The notes: generated by a model not told the origin, from the sequence alone. A stretch of DNA of 52,239 nucleotides from Oligoflexales bacterium (GCA_041736175.1 JBGSUI010000052.1:1-52239); one strand, 5' to 3'; counted from the stretch's first letter, positions 39,300 through 49,562 are shown. Numbers and translations: made by a program.

Positions 39300-40125
39300 C
39301 GATACCTTTCTTAAGGCCTGCACCTAGTAGAGGATTGAGTTGAGAATCAATGGCACCGGTAAATCCGATGTTATGAATGTTCATATCTAAGACCATGTCC
39401 AAGTAGATGTCCCCAGCATAGGGGATAAACAGGATGGCACCGCTAAAATTTTGGAGTAAGGATTTTTCAAATTCTTGGTCCTTGGTCGACTTTATGGTTA
39501 CAAGAAAGGTGTTGTTTTCGCGAATCAACCTTCCCGCTATAACGATGTCATTTTCGACCTTAACAATCCCACTTGCCTTGATGCTCAGAGCCATAGAGAA
39601 AGAGAAATTCTTTGCATCAATTTTAGGTTTTTGGGTCACAGAAACCTCTAGCTTTACGAGCTTCGAGACGTCGATCCCGCCGGAAGCTGGCGAAGAGTTG
39701 ATGTCGAGGTCTCCGATATCCAGCTCTTGACCTGAGGCTAACTTTCTGCCTAAGACTGATGCTAACCCCAGTAACGAGCGGTTAAGCCAGACTTGGCTGC
39801 GGATTGTCTTTCGAAAAATCTTTTGGTCTTTAGGGGCGCTTCCTTCGAGGCCAGCAAAATAAAATGCATCGATTTCCCTAAGATTCATGGCCCTGAGACC
39901 TGCTTCATTACAAACTAAATTAAATTTTAGGTCACTTGCCGCTGGAGATTCGGTTCTTTCTGACAAACTGCTGCATGCTGTGTTGGTTTTGTCCTGTAGG
40001 CTTTCTGAATTTTCAAAGATATGGCCAACCTCCGAGGCTTTTTTGGTGGGAGCTCCACATCCAAAAAAGAGAGCACTGATGGCTGGTAGCCATAAAAATC
40101 TCTTTTTGAAATGTTTTGTGTCCAT
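39283..40125 (-). CDS. Hypothetical lipoprotein
   Basis: ISALFFGC lipobox; GAGG RBS; overlaps the next gene. Confidence 0.75.
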   Translation of the reverse strand: MDTKHFKKRFLWLPAISALFFGCGAPTKKASEVGHIFENSESLQDKTNTACSSLSERTESPAASDLKFNLVCNEAGLRAMNLREIDAFYFAGLEGSAPKDQKIFRKTIRSQVWLNRSLLGLASVLGRKLASGQELDIGDLDINSSPASGGIDVSKLVKLEVSVTQKPKIDAKNFSFSMALSIKASGIVKVENDIVIAGRLIRENNTFLVTIKSTKDQEFEKSLLQNFSGAILFIPYAGDIYLDMVLDMNIHNIGFTGAIDSQLNPLLGAGLKKGIDGFLN

Positions 40126-40178
40126 GTTTTACCTCTTCTAGTAGCTCGTATAGGTTCCCGAATTTAGATAAGTTTAGT

Positions 40179-41234
40179 TTAGCGCCCCACTTGGACACCA
40201 TCATCGGATGAGTCCAAGGAGGACTCGTCCCCTGTTTTGAGTCCACCCTGTTGTTTAAGGGTTAATTGCAGATCGACTTTTATAATCTTAGTGATCGAGT
40301 CGATCAGCGAGCCGATCAATCCACCAACGCCTGTAGAGTTAGAGTCGGGCAGCACCGTGATCAATTGCCCAAAAGGACCTGGTATCAATTCGGGGTTACC
40401 CACAGCAGTTTCTTTGAGACTCTTAGCATCCCCGGAAAAGCTGAGAGATAGGACCGCTACGGGGTTTAAGGAAACCGTCATAGCAATGCGATCAAAAATT
40501 ACGTTGGCAGCTTTGTCGATTCCGTCAAAACCCGCGGCTGTTGATTCAAAAGAAAAGGTGTCCGAAAAACTTCGATCAAGTAACTCAGAGCGATAGGGGA
40601 CCCCAAACGAAAGCATTTTCAAAGTCATTTGACCGCTGGCCGATTTGTTGCGTTTGCCATCGTTGACAGTGACTGTTCGGACGGTATTGACGCTTTTGAG
40701 TTCTGAGCGAGAAGAGGCCAAGAATGACGGCAAAAATGGCCGTGGTGGGTTAAAGGTGGTTGTCCCAATCCGGTCAAAATGCAATACATTATTTTCTAAA
40801 ATTGGATTTGGCAAGGCACCGGAATCAGAATAGACACCAACTATAGGCTTGAGGTTGAGTTTTCCAATCAGACCACAATCGATTTCGCTCGTAGGGAGTT
40901 CAAACAACGAGACGTTTTTTGATTTTCCGATGGCTGCGTTGATTCGCATGGTTATAACCCCATCACAGAGTTTAATTCCAGCAGCTTTTGCTGTAAGTTG
41001 AAAGGTTGCATCAAGGAGAGCCGCTCCCGCTGGGACAAGGGAGTCAACATTGATCTGTCCCGATCCTCCAGACCCGCGCGCAGCAGAGGCTTGCTCAGCG
41101 TCGTCGATTTCGTCCGAAGCCCCTTCTGGGGTAGGGTTGGTATTTTTTCCCTTATTCGCATTATCGTTGCACCCAAAGCTAAATAAACTGCCTATTATAA
41201 AGGTTGCTGCCATGAGAGGTCTCAAAACAAACAT
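40179..41234 (-). CDS. Hypothetical lipoprotein
   Basis: LFSFGC lipobox; AGGAG RBS; disordered linker after the Cys. Confidence 0.75.
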   Translation of the reverse strand: MFVLRPLMAATFIIGSLFSFGCNDNANKGKNTNPTPEGASDEIDDAEQASAARGSGGSGQINVDSLVPAGAALLDATFQLTAKAAGIKLCDGVITMRINAAIGKSKNVSLFELPTSEIDCGLIGKLNLKPIVGVYSDSGALPNPILENNVLHFDRIGTTTFNPPRPFLPSFLASSRSELKSVNTVRTVTVNDGKRNKSASGQMTLKMLSFGVPYRSELLDRSFSDTFSFESTAAGFDGIDKAANVIFDRIAMTVSLNPVAVLSLSFSGDAKSLKETAVGNPELIPGPFGQLITVLPDSNSTGVGGLIGSLIDSITKIIKVDLQLTLKQQGGLKTGDESSLDSSDDGVQVGR

Positions 41235-41248
41235 TCACAACTCCTATC

Positions 41249-41276
41249 TCATCGGCTAAAAAAGGTCGCGGCTTGA
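41249..41276 (-). promoter_or_regulatory. Sigma28 (FliA)-like promoter
   Basis: Minus strand TCAAG-N15-GCCGATGA just upstream of the lipoprotein operon. Confidence 0.55.
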
Positions 41277-41356
41277 GATGTTCAAATTTACACACCTAAA
41301 ACCAAACAAATTTGGGCACTTGACCTATGTTAAATTCCCGTACCAATCATAAGAGA

Positions 41357-41372
41357 TGCAAAGGTTGGGCCA
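41357..41372 (-). promoter_or_regulatory. Sigma54 (-24/-12) promoter
   Basis: Minus strand TGGCCCAACCTTTGCA (GG-N10-GC). Confidence 0.55.
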
Positions 41373-41500
41373 GTGAACGTCTTAGGTTAACTACCAAATA
41401 TAGTTAAGATAAGAGGAGATTTTAGAGGCATCCCTCCGTCCAGGTTTTAGACGGAACCCCTAAAATTGACTAGTAAATATCCATTTATTCGTTTAGGAAA

Positions 41501-41917
41501 CTATTTAATGTTGTTTTTTTTGGCGTGTTTTTTAGAGGATTTTGCTACATTTTCGGTGTATTTCTTGGCATGCCCACGAGCCCAATCTATCGGGTATTTT
41601 TTTGCATTCAGAGCGATCTTGTCTCGTAAAGCTTGCTCTAAATCGATGTCGAGGACGTCAGCAAGTCGAAGCAGGTAGGAAAATACGTCGGCCATCTCAA
41701 AGGCGACCTCCTGCTTTTTCGGGGCGTGGTCCTTAATGAGGGAGGCATCCTCGGGGGTGAGCCACTGAAAGTGCTCAGCAAGCTCGCCGACCTCCCCCGT
41801 CAGTGCCATGATGAGGTTTTTAGGAGTATGAAACTGATCCCATTCTCGCTCCCGGACAAACTGGCGGAGGATGGCTTGTAAATCTTCGATTGGGTTTTTC
41901 GTATGGGGGCGAGGCAT
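41501..41917 (-). CDS. MazG-like nucleotide pyrophosphohydrolase
   Basis: F..ER.W.QFHTPKNL..AL..E.GEL.E.FQW, E.ADV..YL, K...N..KYP. Confidence 0.92.
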   Translation of the reverse strand: MPRPHTKNPIEDLQAILRQFVREREWDQFHTPKNLIMALTGEVGELAEHFQWLTPEDASLIKDHAPKKQEVAFEMADVFSYLLRLADVLDIDLEQALRDKIALNAKKYPIDWARGHAKKYTENVAKSSKKHAKKNNIK

Positions 41918-41938
41918 CGGCAGGGGTCTTTCTGAGTG

Positions 41939-43150
41939 TTAGTTGAAGTTGGTTAAGATACGACTCTTTGCATCGATCTCGGCATACTCTTCGAGGGGAT
42001 TACTATGGATGACCAGGCCACTGCCCGCGGCAAATTCCCATCGATTGTCAGGCCCACCACCCTCTCGGATCAGGGTCCTGATGAGGATTGAGCTGTCCCA
42101 CTGTCCGAGGTGATCCATCCAAAAAACATGTCCCATAAAGTAACCTCGCAACCGCTGTTCGTAGCGCGTGATGGCTTGGATGACGGCTTTTTTGGGGGCG
42201 CCCGTGATCGAGCCCCCTGGACATAGGGCTTCAAGAACTCCGCCTAAGGCGGTGCCTTTTTTCAAGGATCCGCAGATTCGACCAACCAAGTGGTGAACGT
42301 TGGCGAATGATTGGAGTTCAACTGGATGTGTCTGGGTGGGGACTTGGACGCTACCGGGGATCGCAATTTTGGAGAGATCATTTCGCATCAAGTCGATAAT
42401 CATAGCGAGCTCTGCTTGGTTTTTAGTGCTTTCCCAGAGGCTGCTGGCATTTCTTTGGTCTTCAAGTGGGGTTAAACCCCGGGGAGCGGTTCCTTTGATG
42501 GGCTCCGTGAGAATCAATAGATCGTCCTTTTGGTCTTGGAGTTTGATGCTGACAAAACGTTCAGGGCTAAAGGAGGCGATCTCAAGTTGATCAACATGGA
42601 TCCAAGCCCCCATAGGCCCAGACCGCTCTAAAAAAACCGGAAAGAGCGAACCAAAGTCCGCACCCTCGGCAGTAAAGTAGCGGAGGAGATTGAGCTGGTA
42701 ATACTGCCCGGCACGGATATCTTCGAGGACCTGTTCGACCTGCTTAAGGTAGGTTGCTTTGGGAGAATGGGGTAAAAGGTGGAGACCAGTGTGTTCCTTT
42801 CCTTGTGTTAGAGAAATCCTTTGAACAGGTTTATGTTGATAGCCAAGGGTTTGCAGCGAGGCAAAGGGAATGAAGTCTTCGATGATAAATGCTCTTGAAG
42901 GCTTGGGTTGCCAGTCTCCGACACCCACTCCCTTTTGAGTGTAGTCGTCATAGGAGATGACCCCTAGGATGCCGCGTCCACGCCCCATAGGGAGTTGTTT
43001 GGTCAGAGGGATACCCAAACAGAGTTTGGTAGCTTGTTCCCAAGGGATCTCCTTAAGGTTTGGTGCCCAATAAGCGGGGCCGCCGCCTCCACCCAGCAAA
43101 GCCCATGGTCCCTCGGAGTCCTGAAAAGAGTCTTGTGGTGTTGTTGTCAA
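41939..43150 (-). CDS. pabB: Aminodeoxychorismate synthase component I / chorismate-binding protein
   Basis: G..YQ.NL, SPERF, PIKGT.PRG, KN.AEL.MI.DL.RNDL, PGGSITGAPK, SILIRT. Confidence 0.8.
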   Translation of the reverse strand: MTTTPQDSFQDSEGPWALLGGGGGPAYWAPNLKEIPWEQATKLCLGIPLTKQLPMGRGRGILGVISYDDYTQKGVGVGDWQPKPSRAFIIEDFIPFASLQTLGYQHKPVQRISLTQGKEHTGLHLLPHSPKATYLKQVEQVLEDIRAGQYYQLNLLRYFTAEGADFGSLFPVFLERSGPMGAWIHVDQLEIASFSPERFVSIKLQDQKDDLLILTEPIKGTAPRGLTPLEDQRNASSLWESTKNQAELAMIIDLMRNDLSKIAIPGSVQVPTQTHPVELQSFANVHHLVGRICGSLKKGTALGGVLEALCPGGSITGAPKKAVIQAITRYEQRLRGYFMGHVFWMDHLGQWDSSILIRTLIREGGGPDNRWEFAAGSGLVIHSNPLEEYAEIDAKSRILTNFN

Positions 43151-43353
43151 TGTGTGTCTCGCTTACAACGCGCTGCATTAAACCAAGCGGCATCTTAAGG
43201 AAAAATGCCATAGATCCCAAGAGACATTTTTTTGCTCCTAAAAAGACTGACAAATTGAGGACTAGCGGAGTATAAGCGACTCCTGTAGGGCGGTTCCTCC
43301 TCACATTGAAAGGAGAGGTTTCCGCCCCGTTACTAAATCGAAAGGATATTAGG

Positions 43354-44187
43354 ATGAATGACCAAAAAAAATCTGCCAAAGACCAGACTCCCAAAAGCCC
43401 CATCCTTGTCACCCACGGCGCGGGTCCAACCCGTGGTGTGATGACGATCACCATCCAACGGGAACCCCAGCTCAATGCCCTTAACCAAGAGGTACTTGAA
43501 GCTATCGGGGATGCGCTCTACTCCGAGATGATTCCTGGGACCACGCGGGTCGTGGTGATCGAAGGGGCCGGTGGGCGAGCCTTTGCGGCGGGAGCTGATA
43601 TCGCTGCTATGGAGACGCTGTCGCCAGGGGAAGCACGGGATTTTTCCCGGATGGGGCAAGTGTTGACCCGTACTCTTGAAGGGCTTCCCCAAATCGTCGT
43701 GGCCAAGGTTCGCGGATTTGCTTTGGGTGGAGGTCTAGAGTTAGTGATGGCCTGTGATCTTATCATCGCTAGCCAGAACGCTCAGTTTGGGTTACCCGAA
43801 GTCAATTTAGGTTTGATCCCAGGGTTTGGTGGAACCCAGCGCCTTGCACGGCGTGTGGGATTGCCTGTGGCTCTTGATATGATTCTATGTGGTAAGGCTA
43901 GAACTCTCAAAGGACCCGAGGCCTTTCAGCTAGGTCTTGTTTCCCGTGTCGTCCCAGACGACCAACTTGACCGGGAAGTGGAATCCCTCTGTGCAGCTTT
44001 GTTGGCTGCCGGACCCAAAGCCCAAGCGGCGGCCAAAAGCCTTGCCCGTCGTTCCTTCGAAATGAGTTTGGATGCTGGCCTCGAAGCCGAAGCCCAAGGT
44101 TTTGGTTTATGCTTTGGCGAAGAAGAGGCGGAACTTGGTATTAAGGCATTTTTAGACAAAAAACCTTCTCCCTTCAACGAGTCATAG
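43354..44187 (+). CDS. Enoyl-CoA hydratase/isomerase
   Basis: [43 protein letters not shown]. Confidence 0.93.
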   Translation: MNDQKKSAKDQTPKSPILVTHGAGPTRGVMTITIQREPQLNALNQEVLEAIGDALYSEMIPGTTRVVVIEGAGGRAFAAGADIAAMETLSPGEARDFSRMGQVLTRTLEGLPQIVVAKVRGFALGGGLELVMACDLIIASQNAQFGLPEVNLGLIPGFGGTQRLARRVGLPVALDMILCGKARTLKGPEAFQLGLVSRVVPDDQLDREVESLCAALLAAGPKAQAAAKSLARRSFEMSLDAGLEAEAQGFGLCFGEEEAELGIKAFLDKKPSPFNES

Positions 44188-44337
44188 GATGGTGTGCATA
44201 GGCCGTGAGGCTAAAATCTATGATAAGAGAGTGACTTGGTGATGATCTCAATACTTGACCATAGGCAGCGAAAGTTCTAAAAAAGTAAGTAGGTTGGCAA
44301 GGTCTGTCAACTTTTTAGCCAAAAGGAGAAGCCAGCC

Positions 44338-44778
44338 ATGGCCATTGCATTTGAAAAGCCCCTCAAGGATTTTTTGAAAAACTTTCAGAAGGATCTGAGC
44401 CAACTACAGAAGACTCTTAAAAAAGAGAGCGACCAGCTCCTTAAAAAGGTCAAGACATCCACCCAAAAGGATAGCTTACAGGCTAAACGCAGCGAAATTG
44501 AAAAGCTTATTGAAAAAAATCTTAAAAAATACGAACCAACCATCAATAAGTTTGTCGCTGACGTTCATAAAAGCGCCAAAAAAGCCGGAATCGATCTGAC
44601 GGATATAGAGCAAAAAGTAAAGGACAACCTTCACTACGCAAGGGAACGCCTCTCTAAGACATCCCTTGGCAAAAAAGTTGCGAAGGGCCAAGGCAAAAAA
44701 GCTGCTGTAAAAAAAGCGACACCGACCCGAAAAGCAAAACCAAGCACGGGTAAAGGGCCAGGCAACGAGGCCAACTAA
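44338..44778 (+). CDS. Hypothetical basic coiled-coil protein with Lys/Ala-rich tail
   Basis: AGGAG RBS; helical N-terminal part; KKAAVKKATPTRKAK tail; own terminator. Confidence 0.75.
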   Translation: MAIAFEKPLKDFLKNFQKDLSQLQKTLKKESDQLLKKVKTSTQKDSLQAKRSEIEKLIEKNLKKYEPTINKFVADVHKSAKKAGIDLTDIEQKVKDNLHYARERLSKTSLGKKVAKGQGKKAAVKKATPTRKAKPSTGKGPGNEAN

Positions 44779-44836
44779 CGTCCCGCCGTAACACACGGTA
44801 GGGGACGGCTGATTTAACATTCACCTCAATTCCTCC

Positions 44837-44877
44837 AAAGCCCCCTAAAGACGTTTTGTTCGACAAGGGGGCTTTTT
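44837..44877 (+). terminator. Rho-independent terminator-like hairpin
   Basis: aaagccccct ... agggggcttttt. Confidence 0.6.
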
Positions 44878-44918
44878 GGGGTGCAGATTTCTATCTTTTA
44901 AGTAGGCTGAGCATTTTC

Positions 44919-46172
44919 ATGGCGACGGCAATTCCCTATCTAAGCCCCTTGGTCCAATGGTATCACCAGCAAGATCGGCAGCTTCCTTGGCGTCAGCACT
45001 TTCAAAAGACCAAAGACCCCTACGGGGTCTGGGTGAGTGAAGTGATGCTGCAACAAACCCTGATAAAAGTTGTGATACCGGTATATGCAAGGTTTATGGC
45101 AAAATTCCCAACTCTTTTCGATTTAGCCCAGGCCAGTGACGACGACCTTCGGGAGTCGGTGCGCGGGTTAGGTTACTACCGGCGCTTTCGGATGATGCAT
45201 GCTTGTGCAAAACACTTGGTCCAGGCACGACAAACTCCAAGGACCGAGCCGGAAGACCTGAGGGAATTATGGCCTTCTACGGCTTTGGATTTAAAAAAGC
45301 TACCCGGTATTGGCGACTACACCTCTGCCGCGATCGCTAGTATCGCATTTGGAGAAAAGGTTGCCGTCCTCGATGGCAATGTAGAGCGGGTCCTTTGCCG
45401 CCTCCAAGGTCTATCTGTACAACCAAAAGAGCCAGCGACTAAAAAACACCTCAGCACATTGGCCCAGGACTACCTTAACCATGGTTATAAGGTCACCAAA
45501 AGCCGACCTTTAACGGGTGGCGACATCGCTGCCGGGGACCACAATCAGGCTATGATGGAACTCGGCCAGCTGGTCTGCACTCCTTTGCGGCCACAATGCC
45601 CCTTGTGTCCCCTTGGAGACCAGTGCCAGGGTTACCAACGAGGTATCCAAGACGAGATTCCTTTAATAGCAGCCAGAAAGGCAACACGCCCCATATCCAT
45701 GGGACTATCGATCGTCCTTAAGAGTGAATCGGGCCAGACTCTCGTAGCGCTCTTTCAAAGGGCACCCCGCGCTCGATTTTTAAAGGGGAGCTGGGGGTTT
45801 TTTAGCGAGTGGAGTGAGGATCCGTTCTTTGGGTCGGATTCTATTGGGCCATCCTTAGGGGCTGGTCTCGAAAAAAGTGGAAGTTTTCGCCATAGCATCA
45901 CCCACCATCGACTAGCAGTGGATGTGTTTATCCAAAACCACCATGACTTTAATCGATCCAGCCTCCCTCACGGGTGGTATTGCGACAGCCTCAAGGACGA
46001 TCTCAAATGGGTGCCCCTAGGGCAGGTGGAGCCGCAACTTGTCGCCAATTTGGACCGTAAAGCCTGGAAGGTTTTCCACAAGCGCTTGACTCCTGGTAAA
46101 CTTAGGTATTCTCTTACAAAGGACTCCATAGATGTCAAGCAACAAACCAAAGCTCAAAGTCCTGCATCTTGA
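44919..46172 (+). CDS. mutY: A/G-specific adenine glycosylase
   Basis: LPWR, PY.VWVSEVMLQQT, GLGYY.R, LPGIG.YT, DGNV.RV, MELG...C......C..CP....C FeS motif. Confidence 0.93.
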   Translation: MATAIPYLSPLVQWYHQQDRQLPWRQHFQKTKDPYGVWVSEVMLQQTLIKVVIPVYARFMAKFPTLFDLAQASDDDLRESVRGLGYYRRFRMMHACAKHLVQARQTPRTEPEDLRELWPSTALDLKKLPGIGDYTSAAIASIAFGEKVAVLDGNVERVLCRLQGLSVQPKEPATKKHLSTLAQDYLNHGYKVTKSRPLTGGDIAAGDHNQAMMELGQLVCTPLRPQCPLCPLGDQCQGYQRGIQDEIPLIAARKATRPISMGLSIVLKSESGQTLVALFQRAPRARFLKGSWGFFSEWSEDPFFGSDSIGPSLGAGLEKSGSFRHSITHHRLAVDVFIQNHHDFNRSSLPHGWYCDSLKDDLKWVPLGQVEPQLVANLDRKAWKVFHKRLTPGKLRYSLTKDSIDVKQQTKAQSPAS

Positions 46173-47664
46173 TGACGATATTTTTGAGACGGAGCGGGTT
46201 CAGAAAGCCCTTGAAAAGCATTCCATTGAGGCAGATTTTAAGGTGACCTCTACCCAGAGAGCCGATGAGTACCTTAAAATCCTATCCCAACCTACAAAAC
46301 CAGATATTGTTTTATTAGATATCCATGTGGGCGATGATCAACCAACGGGCATTGAGCTTGCAGTCAAGACGCGAGAGATTTCGCGGAATACAGTTATTTT
46401 GATTTGCTCGACCGCAGATGATGTGCGCACGATTGCTGGTTGCCTCGGTCATGGGGTCGACGATTTTATCTCAAAAAACTCCGATAAGGGAGAACTCAGC
46501 CTTAGAGTCTACAATGGCTACCGACTTGCCAAGCTCAAACAAGGTCTCTATCCCGAGGCGGCAACCCGATCTAAAACCATGCCCGTAGGGAGCACGATGA
46601 GTCGTATCGCTCAGAGGATTCCGCTGATCGCCCAATCGGCGATCTCGGCAGTCTGTATCCGTGGAGAGTCGGGAACGGGCAAAGAAGTTGTCGCCGACCT
46701 TTTTGGGTCGAGCCTTCCACCGGGGACTCCTTTTGTCAAAGTCAACTGTGGTGCGATTGCACCTTCCCTCCTCGAAAGCGAGCTTTTTGGGTATGTGAAA
46801 GGAGCTTTTACCGGGGCCTTAACCGACAAAAAAGGGCTGTTAGAGAGTGCCACGGGAGGGTGGATTTTCCTGGACGAAGTAGCGACTCTAACGCCGTCGG
46901 CCCAGGTGGCTTTGTTAAGGGTCCTCGAAAGCCAAGAGATTACCAGAGTGGGTGCGACCAAGCCGACGGCGATCAAGATTCGGGTGATCTCGGCCACCAA
47001 TGAGCCCATGGAATCGCTGATCAAGAAAAAAAAGTTTCGGGGCGACCTATGGCAAAGACTGATAGAAACAGAAATCGAATTGCCACCGCTTAGGCAGCGT
47101 CCAGAAGAGATCCCGCGTTTGATCGAGCATTTTTGCCGAAAGATGCCAGGGGGTCCCTATGTGGCTTCTGGTCCAGTGATCGAAGTATTAAGCAGCTGCC
47201 CATGGAAACAGGGCAACATTCGGGAGCTTCGCAATTGTTTGCGAGCGATGACCGAGATGCATATCAATAAGCTGCTAACCCCTCTAGCGATTCCCGAAAG
47301 GATTTGGACTGAGATAGGTAAGACCATGCCTCGTCACGAGGTTCTTGTCGCCGGCCAGCACCAAGGACGGCCTGTGGTGTTACCCACCTCCCCCCTCACT
47401 TTGACGATCGATTGGCATCCAGGCACCCAAACCCTGGACTATCTCACCCTTAAAGTGATGGCTGAGGCCATAGGTGGGCTCCACCAAAAAAACCCTGATT
47501 TAAGTTTGACAGAATTAACCCATTTTTTTGGTCTGACACACACCGAGCTGTCAAAAAAAATAAAATCCATCGTCCAGTCCGGGATAGCCTCCCGTGCTGA
47601 TATTGGGGCGATGATCGGTGCCTTGGTGGATCAGGACAAACCCGGAACCAAGCATGAAACTTGA
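46132..47664 (+). CDS. Sigma54-dependent response regulator (REC + AAA+)
   Basis: REC (LDDD, LLDI), GESGTGKE, ESELFG..KGAFTGA, FLDEV, GNIREL.N. Confidence 0.93.
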   Translation: MSSNKPKLKVLHLDDDIFETERVQKALEKHSIEADFKVTSTQRADEYLKILSQPTKPDIVLLDIHVGDDQPTGIELAVKTREISRNTVILICSTADDVRTIAGCLGHGVDDFISKNSDKGELSLRVYNGYRLAKLKQGLYPEAATRSKTMPVGSTMSRIAQRIPLIAQSAISAVCIRGESGTGKEVVADLFGSSLPPGTPFVKVNCGAIAPSLLESELFGYVKGAFTGALTDKKGLLESATGGWIFLDEVATLTPSAQVALLRVLESQEITRVGATKPTAIKIRVISATNEPMESLIKKKKFRGDLWQRLIETEIELPPLRQRPEEIPRLIEHFCRKMPGGPYVASGPVIEVLSSCPWKQGNIRELRNCLRAMTEMHINKLLTPLAIPERIWTEIGKTMPRHEVLVAGQHQGRPVVLPTSPLTLTIDWHPGTQTLDYLTLKVMAEAIGGLHQKNPDLSLTELTHFFGLTHTELSKKIKSIVQSGIASRADIGAMIGALVDQDKPGTKHET

Positions 47665-48178
47665 ATATTCAATCAGCCTCCAGGAAATGCCCTGTCTCTG
47701 TATTATTGGGATTCTACCCGAAGAAAGGCGGACCCAGCAGCCCGTCTTTGTCAGTGTCGTGATGGCTGGCGATTTTTCTAAAGTAGCGACAGAAGGTCGT
47801 TTAGAGGACGGGGTGGACTATAGCCAGGTGCAGAGCGATCTGGCAGTTCTCTTAAAACAAATAAAGTTTAGGTTGGTTGAAACAGCAGTCTATGGACTCT
47901 GCCAATGGGTCTTGTGGAGATATCCACGGGTGGATATGGTTCAGGTCAGCCTTAAAAAACCCATGGCCCTCAAGGGTCAAGGGATTCCCCAAGCGAGTTT
48001 AAAACTCCGCAAGACCAAGGTAGTAGGGAAAGGACAAGGTAGGCCCAAGAAAACCAAAGATCTTATTTTTAAATGTGCTGATGGGACGCTAAGGGGGCTT
48101 AGGTCCGGCCAAGAGGTGATCGTGATGACCGACGGGACCGAGGTGTTTATGGAGAGGCCGGTTTTACAAGATTTGTGA
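47654..48178 (+). CDS. folB: Dihydroneopterin aldolase
   Basis: IIGILPEER...Q.V, L...VDYS, F.LVET, V.L.KP.AL. Confidence 0.85.
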   Translation: MKLEYSISLQEMPCLCIIGILPEERRTQQPVFVSVVMAGDFSKVATEGRLEDGVDYSQVQSDLAVLLKQIKFRLVETAVYGLCQWVLWRYPRVDMVQVSLKKPMALKGQGIPQASLKLRKTKVVGKGQGRPKKTKDLIFKCADGTLRGLRSGQEVIVMTDGTEVFMERPVLQDL

Positions 48179-48278
48179 AAACCCTTTCGGACGCGGATTA
48201 AATAAACGAGAAATCCATATTTTTAAGGCGGGTAATCCATCATAATTAAAGCGCTATTTAAAGCGATTGTTTTGCCCT

Positions 48279-48305
48279 TAAGTTTTTGCCAATTTTAGCC
48301 GATAA
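48279..48305 (+). promoter_or_regulatory. Sigma28 (FliA) promoter
   Basis: TAAG-N15-GCCGATAA, ~50 nt upstream of the protease gene. Confidence 0.65.
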
Positions 48306-48356
48306 GATTTCAAGTCTTTTGTCTAAAAAATTCGCTAAAAACGGTGGGTAAGCTCA

Positions 48357-49244
48357 ATGCAGTATCGTAACCTTTTGCTCTTTGCAGCTATGACAGCCTG
48401 TGGTGGAACCCAATACTTCTCAGAAAAAAAAGAGTCCTTAAATCCAAAGGAATCCAAAGGAAATAGTCCTAAAGCCTGTTTAAGCCTTGTCAACGGCATC
48501 GAAACAAACGAGATGGACGCAGTGGTGATCTTAGAAACAGCCTCTGGATACTGTACAGGAACTTTTGTCAGCGACAATACGGTGATCACCGCAGCTCATT
48601 GTGCCAATGCCTCAAAAACCGGCGGGATTAAATATCAAAAAATCTCACCGACCGAGGTTGTTCATTATGGCAAGGTATCCGGTTCAAACGCAAAAGTATG
48701 GGAAGACCTTTTAGTGCTGGTGTTTCCTCCCGGCACCGCTAAATCCTTTGTTAGCCTTCATACCAAAGCGCCTAAACCTGGAGACCGGGTGATGCTCGTG
48801 GGTTACGGTCAAACGGATCTTGTTAAGGACAATAAACCGGACGGTAAAAAAAGAAAGGGCTATAACAAGCTCACAGAGATTCAGGACGACAATACGACTT
48901 TAGTCTACGAAGCTCCTCTAAACCCAGCAGGACTTGCCCCTGGAGACCAGGTGATGGCGGGCCGGGGAGATTCCGGAGGGCCGGTTTTTGTCGATGGCGG
49001 TGGATTGGTTGGGATCGTCAGCCGCGGCAGCTTGGAGCCAAAACTAGTGGAATACGATGTCAATCTGTTTAGTGGAGAGAGCCTAAAATTGATGGAAGCA
49101 TCCATTAGTCTAGGGGCTAAGATCTCAGGTATTGAAAATGTCAGAGCTATCGTCGACCCCGCGAGACAACTTAAGGGTACAAAACCTGGGCCTAGCACCG
49201 CGCTGGCAAACCACAAGAATAGCGCCGAATCTGGATGTCGTTAA
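48357..49244 (+). CDS. Trypsin-like (S1) serine protease lipoprotein
   Basis: MTAC lipobox; CTGT, TAAHC, DL, GDSGGP. Confidence 0.92.
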   Translation: MQYRNLLLFAAMTACGGTQYFSEKKESLNPKESKGNSPKACLSLVNGIETNEMDAVVILETASGYCTGTFVSDNTVITAAHCANASKTGGIKYQKISPTEVVHYGKVSGSNAKVWEDLLVLVFPPGTAKSFVSLHTKAPKPGDRVMLVGYGQTDLVKDNKPDGKKRKGYNKLTEIQDDNTTLVYEAPLNPAGLAPGDQVMAGRGDSGGPVFVDGGGLVGIVSRGSLEPKLVEYDVNLFSGESLKLMEASISLGAKISGIENVRAIVDPARQLKGTKPGPSTALANHKNSAESGCR

Positions 49245-49540
49245 GGCGGTTGGAATATTCGAACGGCCATGGGAATTGCAGATCTGTGTTTTTTTGCAGA
49301 TGGTGATACCTCTGGAGTCACCAAATAATACGGGTGCAGGTCCTCCTCAGTAAGGGTTCCTTTGAGGAGGAGTTTCACCAGCTCCTTTGACACCGTAGGG
49401 AAGTCGTTAAGAAACTGATTCACGTTGTCGCCGCCCTCGAGATAGTCAATAAGCGTCCTTACTGGGACCCTCGTGCCGGAAAACACAGGTGTGCCGCCCA
49501 TGACATCATCGGATTTTTGAATCGGACCTGTGCTCGCCAT
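49241..49540 (-). CDS. DUF433-family protein, C-terminus apparently replaced at the 30-bp repeat
   Basis: DVMGGTPVF.GTRVPV.TL.DYL..G.....FL.DFPTV; no partner toxin gene follows. Confidence 0.75.
   Translation of the reverse strand: MASTGPIQKSDDVMGGTPVFSGTRVPVRTLIDYLEGGDNVNQFLNDFPTVSKELVKLLLKGTLTEEDLHPYYLVTPEVSPSAKKHRSAIPMAVRIFQPP
49327..49356. repeat. 30-bp direct repeat, copy 1 (aatacgggtgcaggtcctcctcagtaaggg)
   Basis: Identical to 50917-50946. Confidence 0.92.
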
Positions 49541-49562
49541 GGTGCGCCCCTCACCCTCAGAA

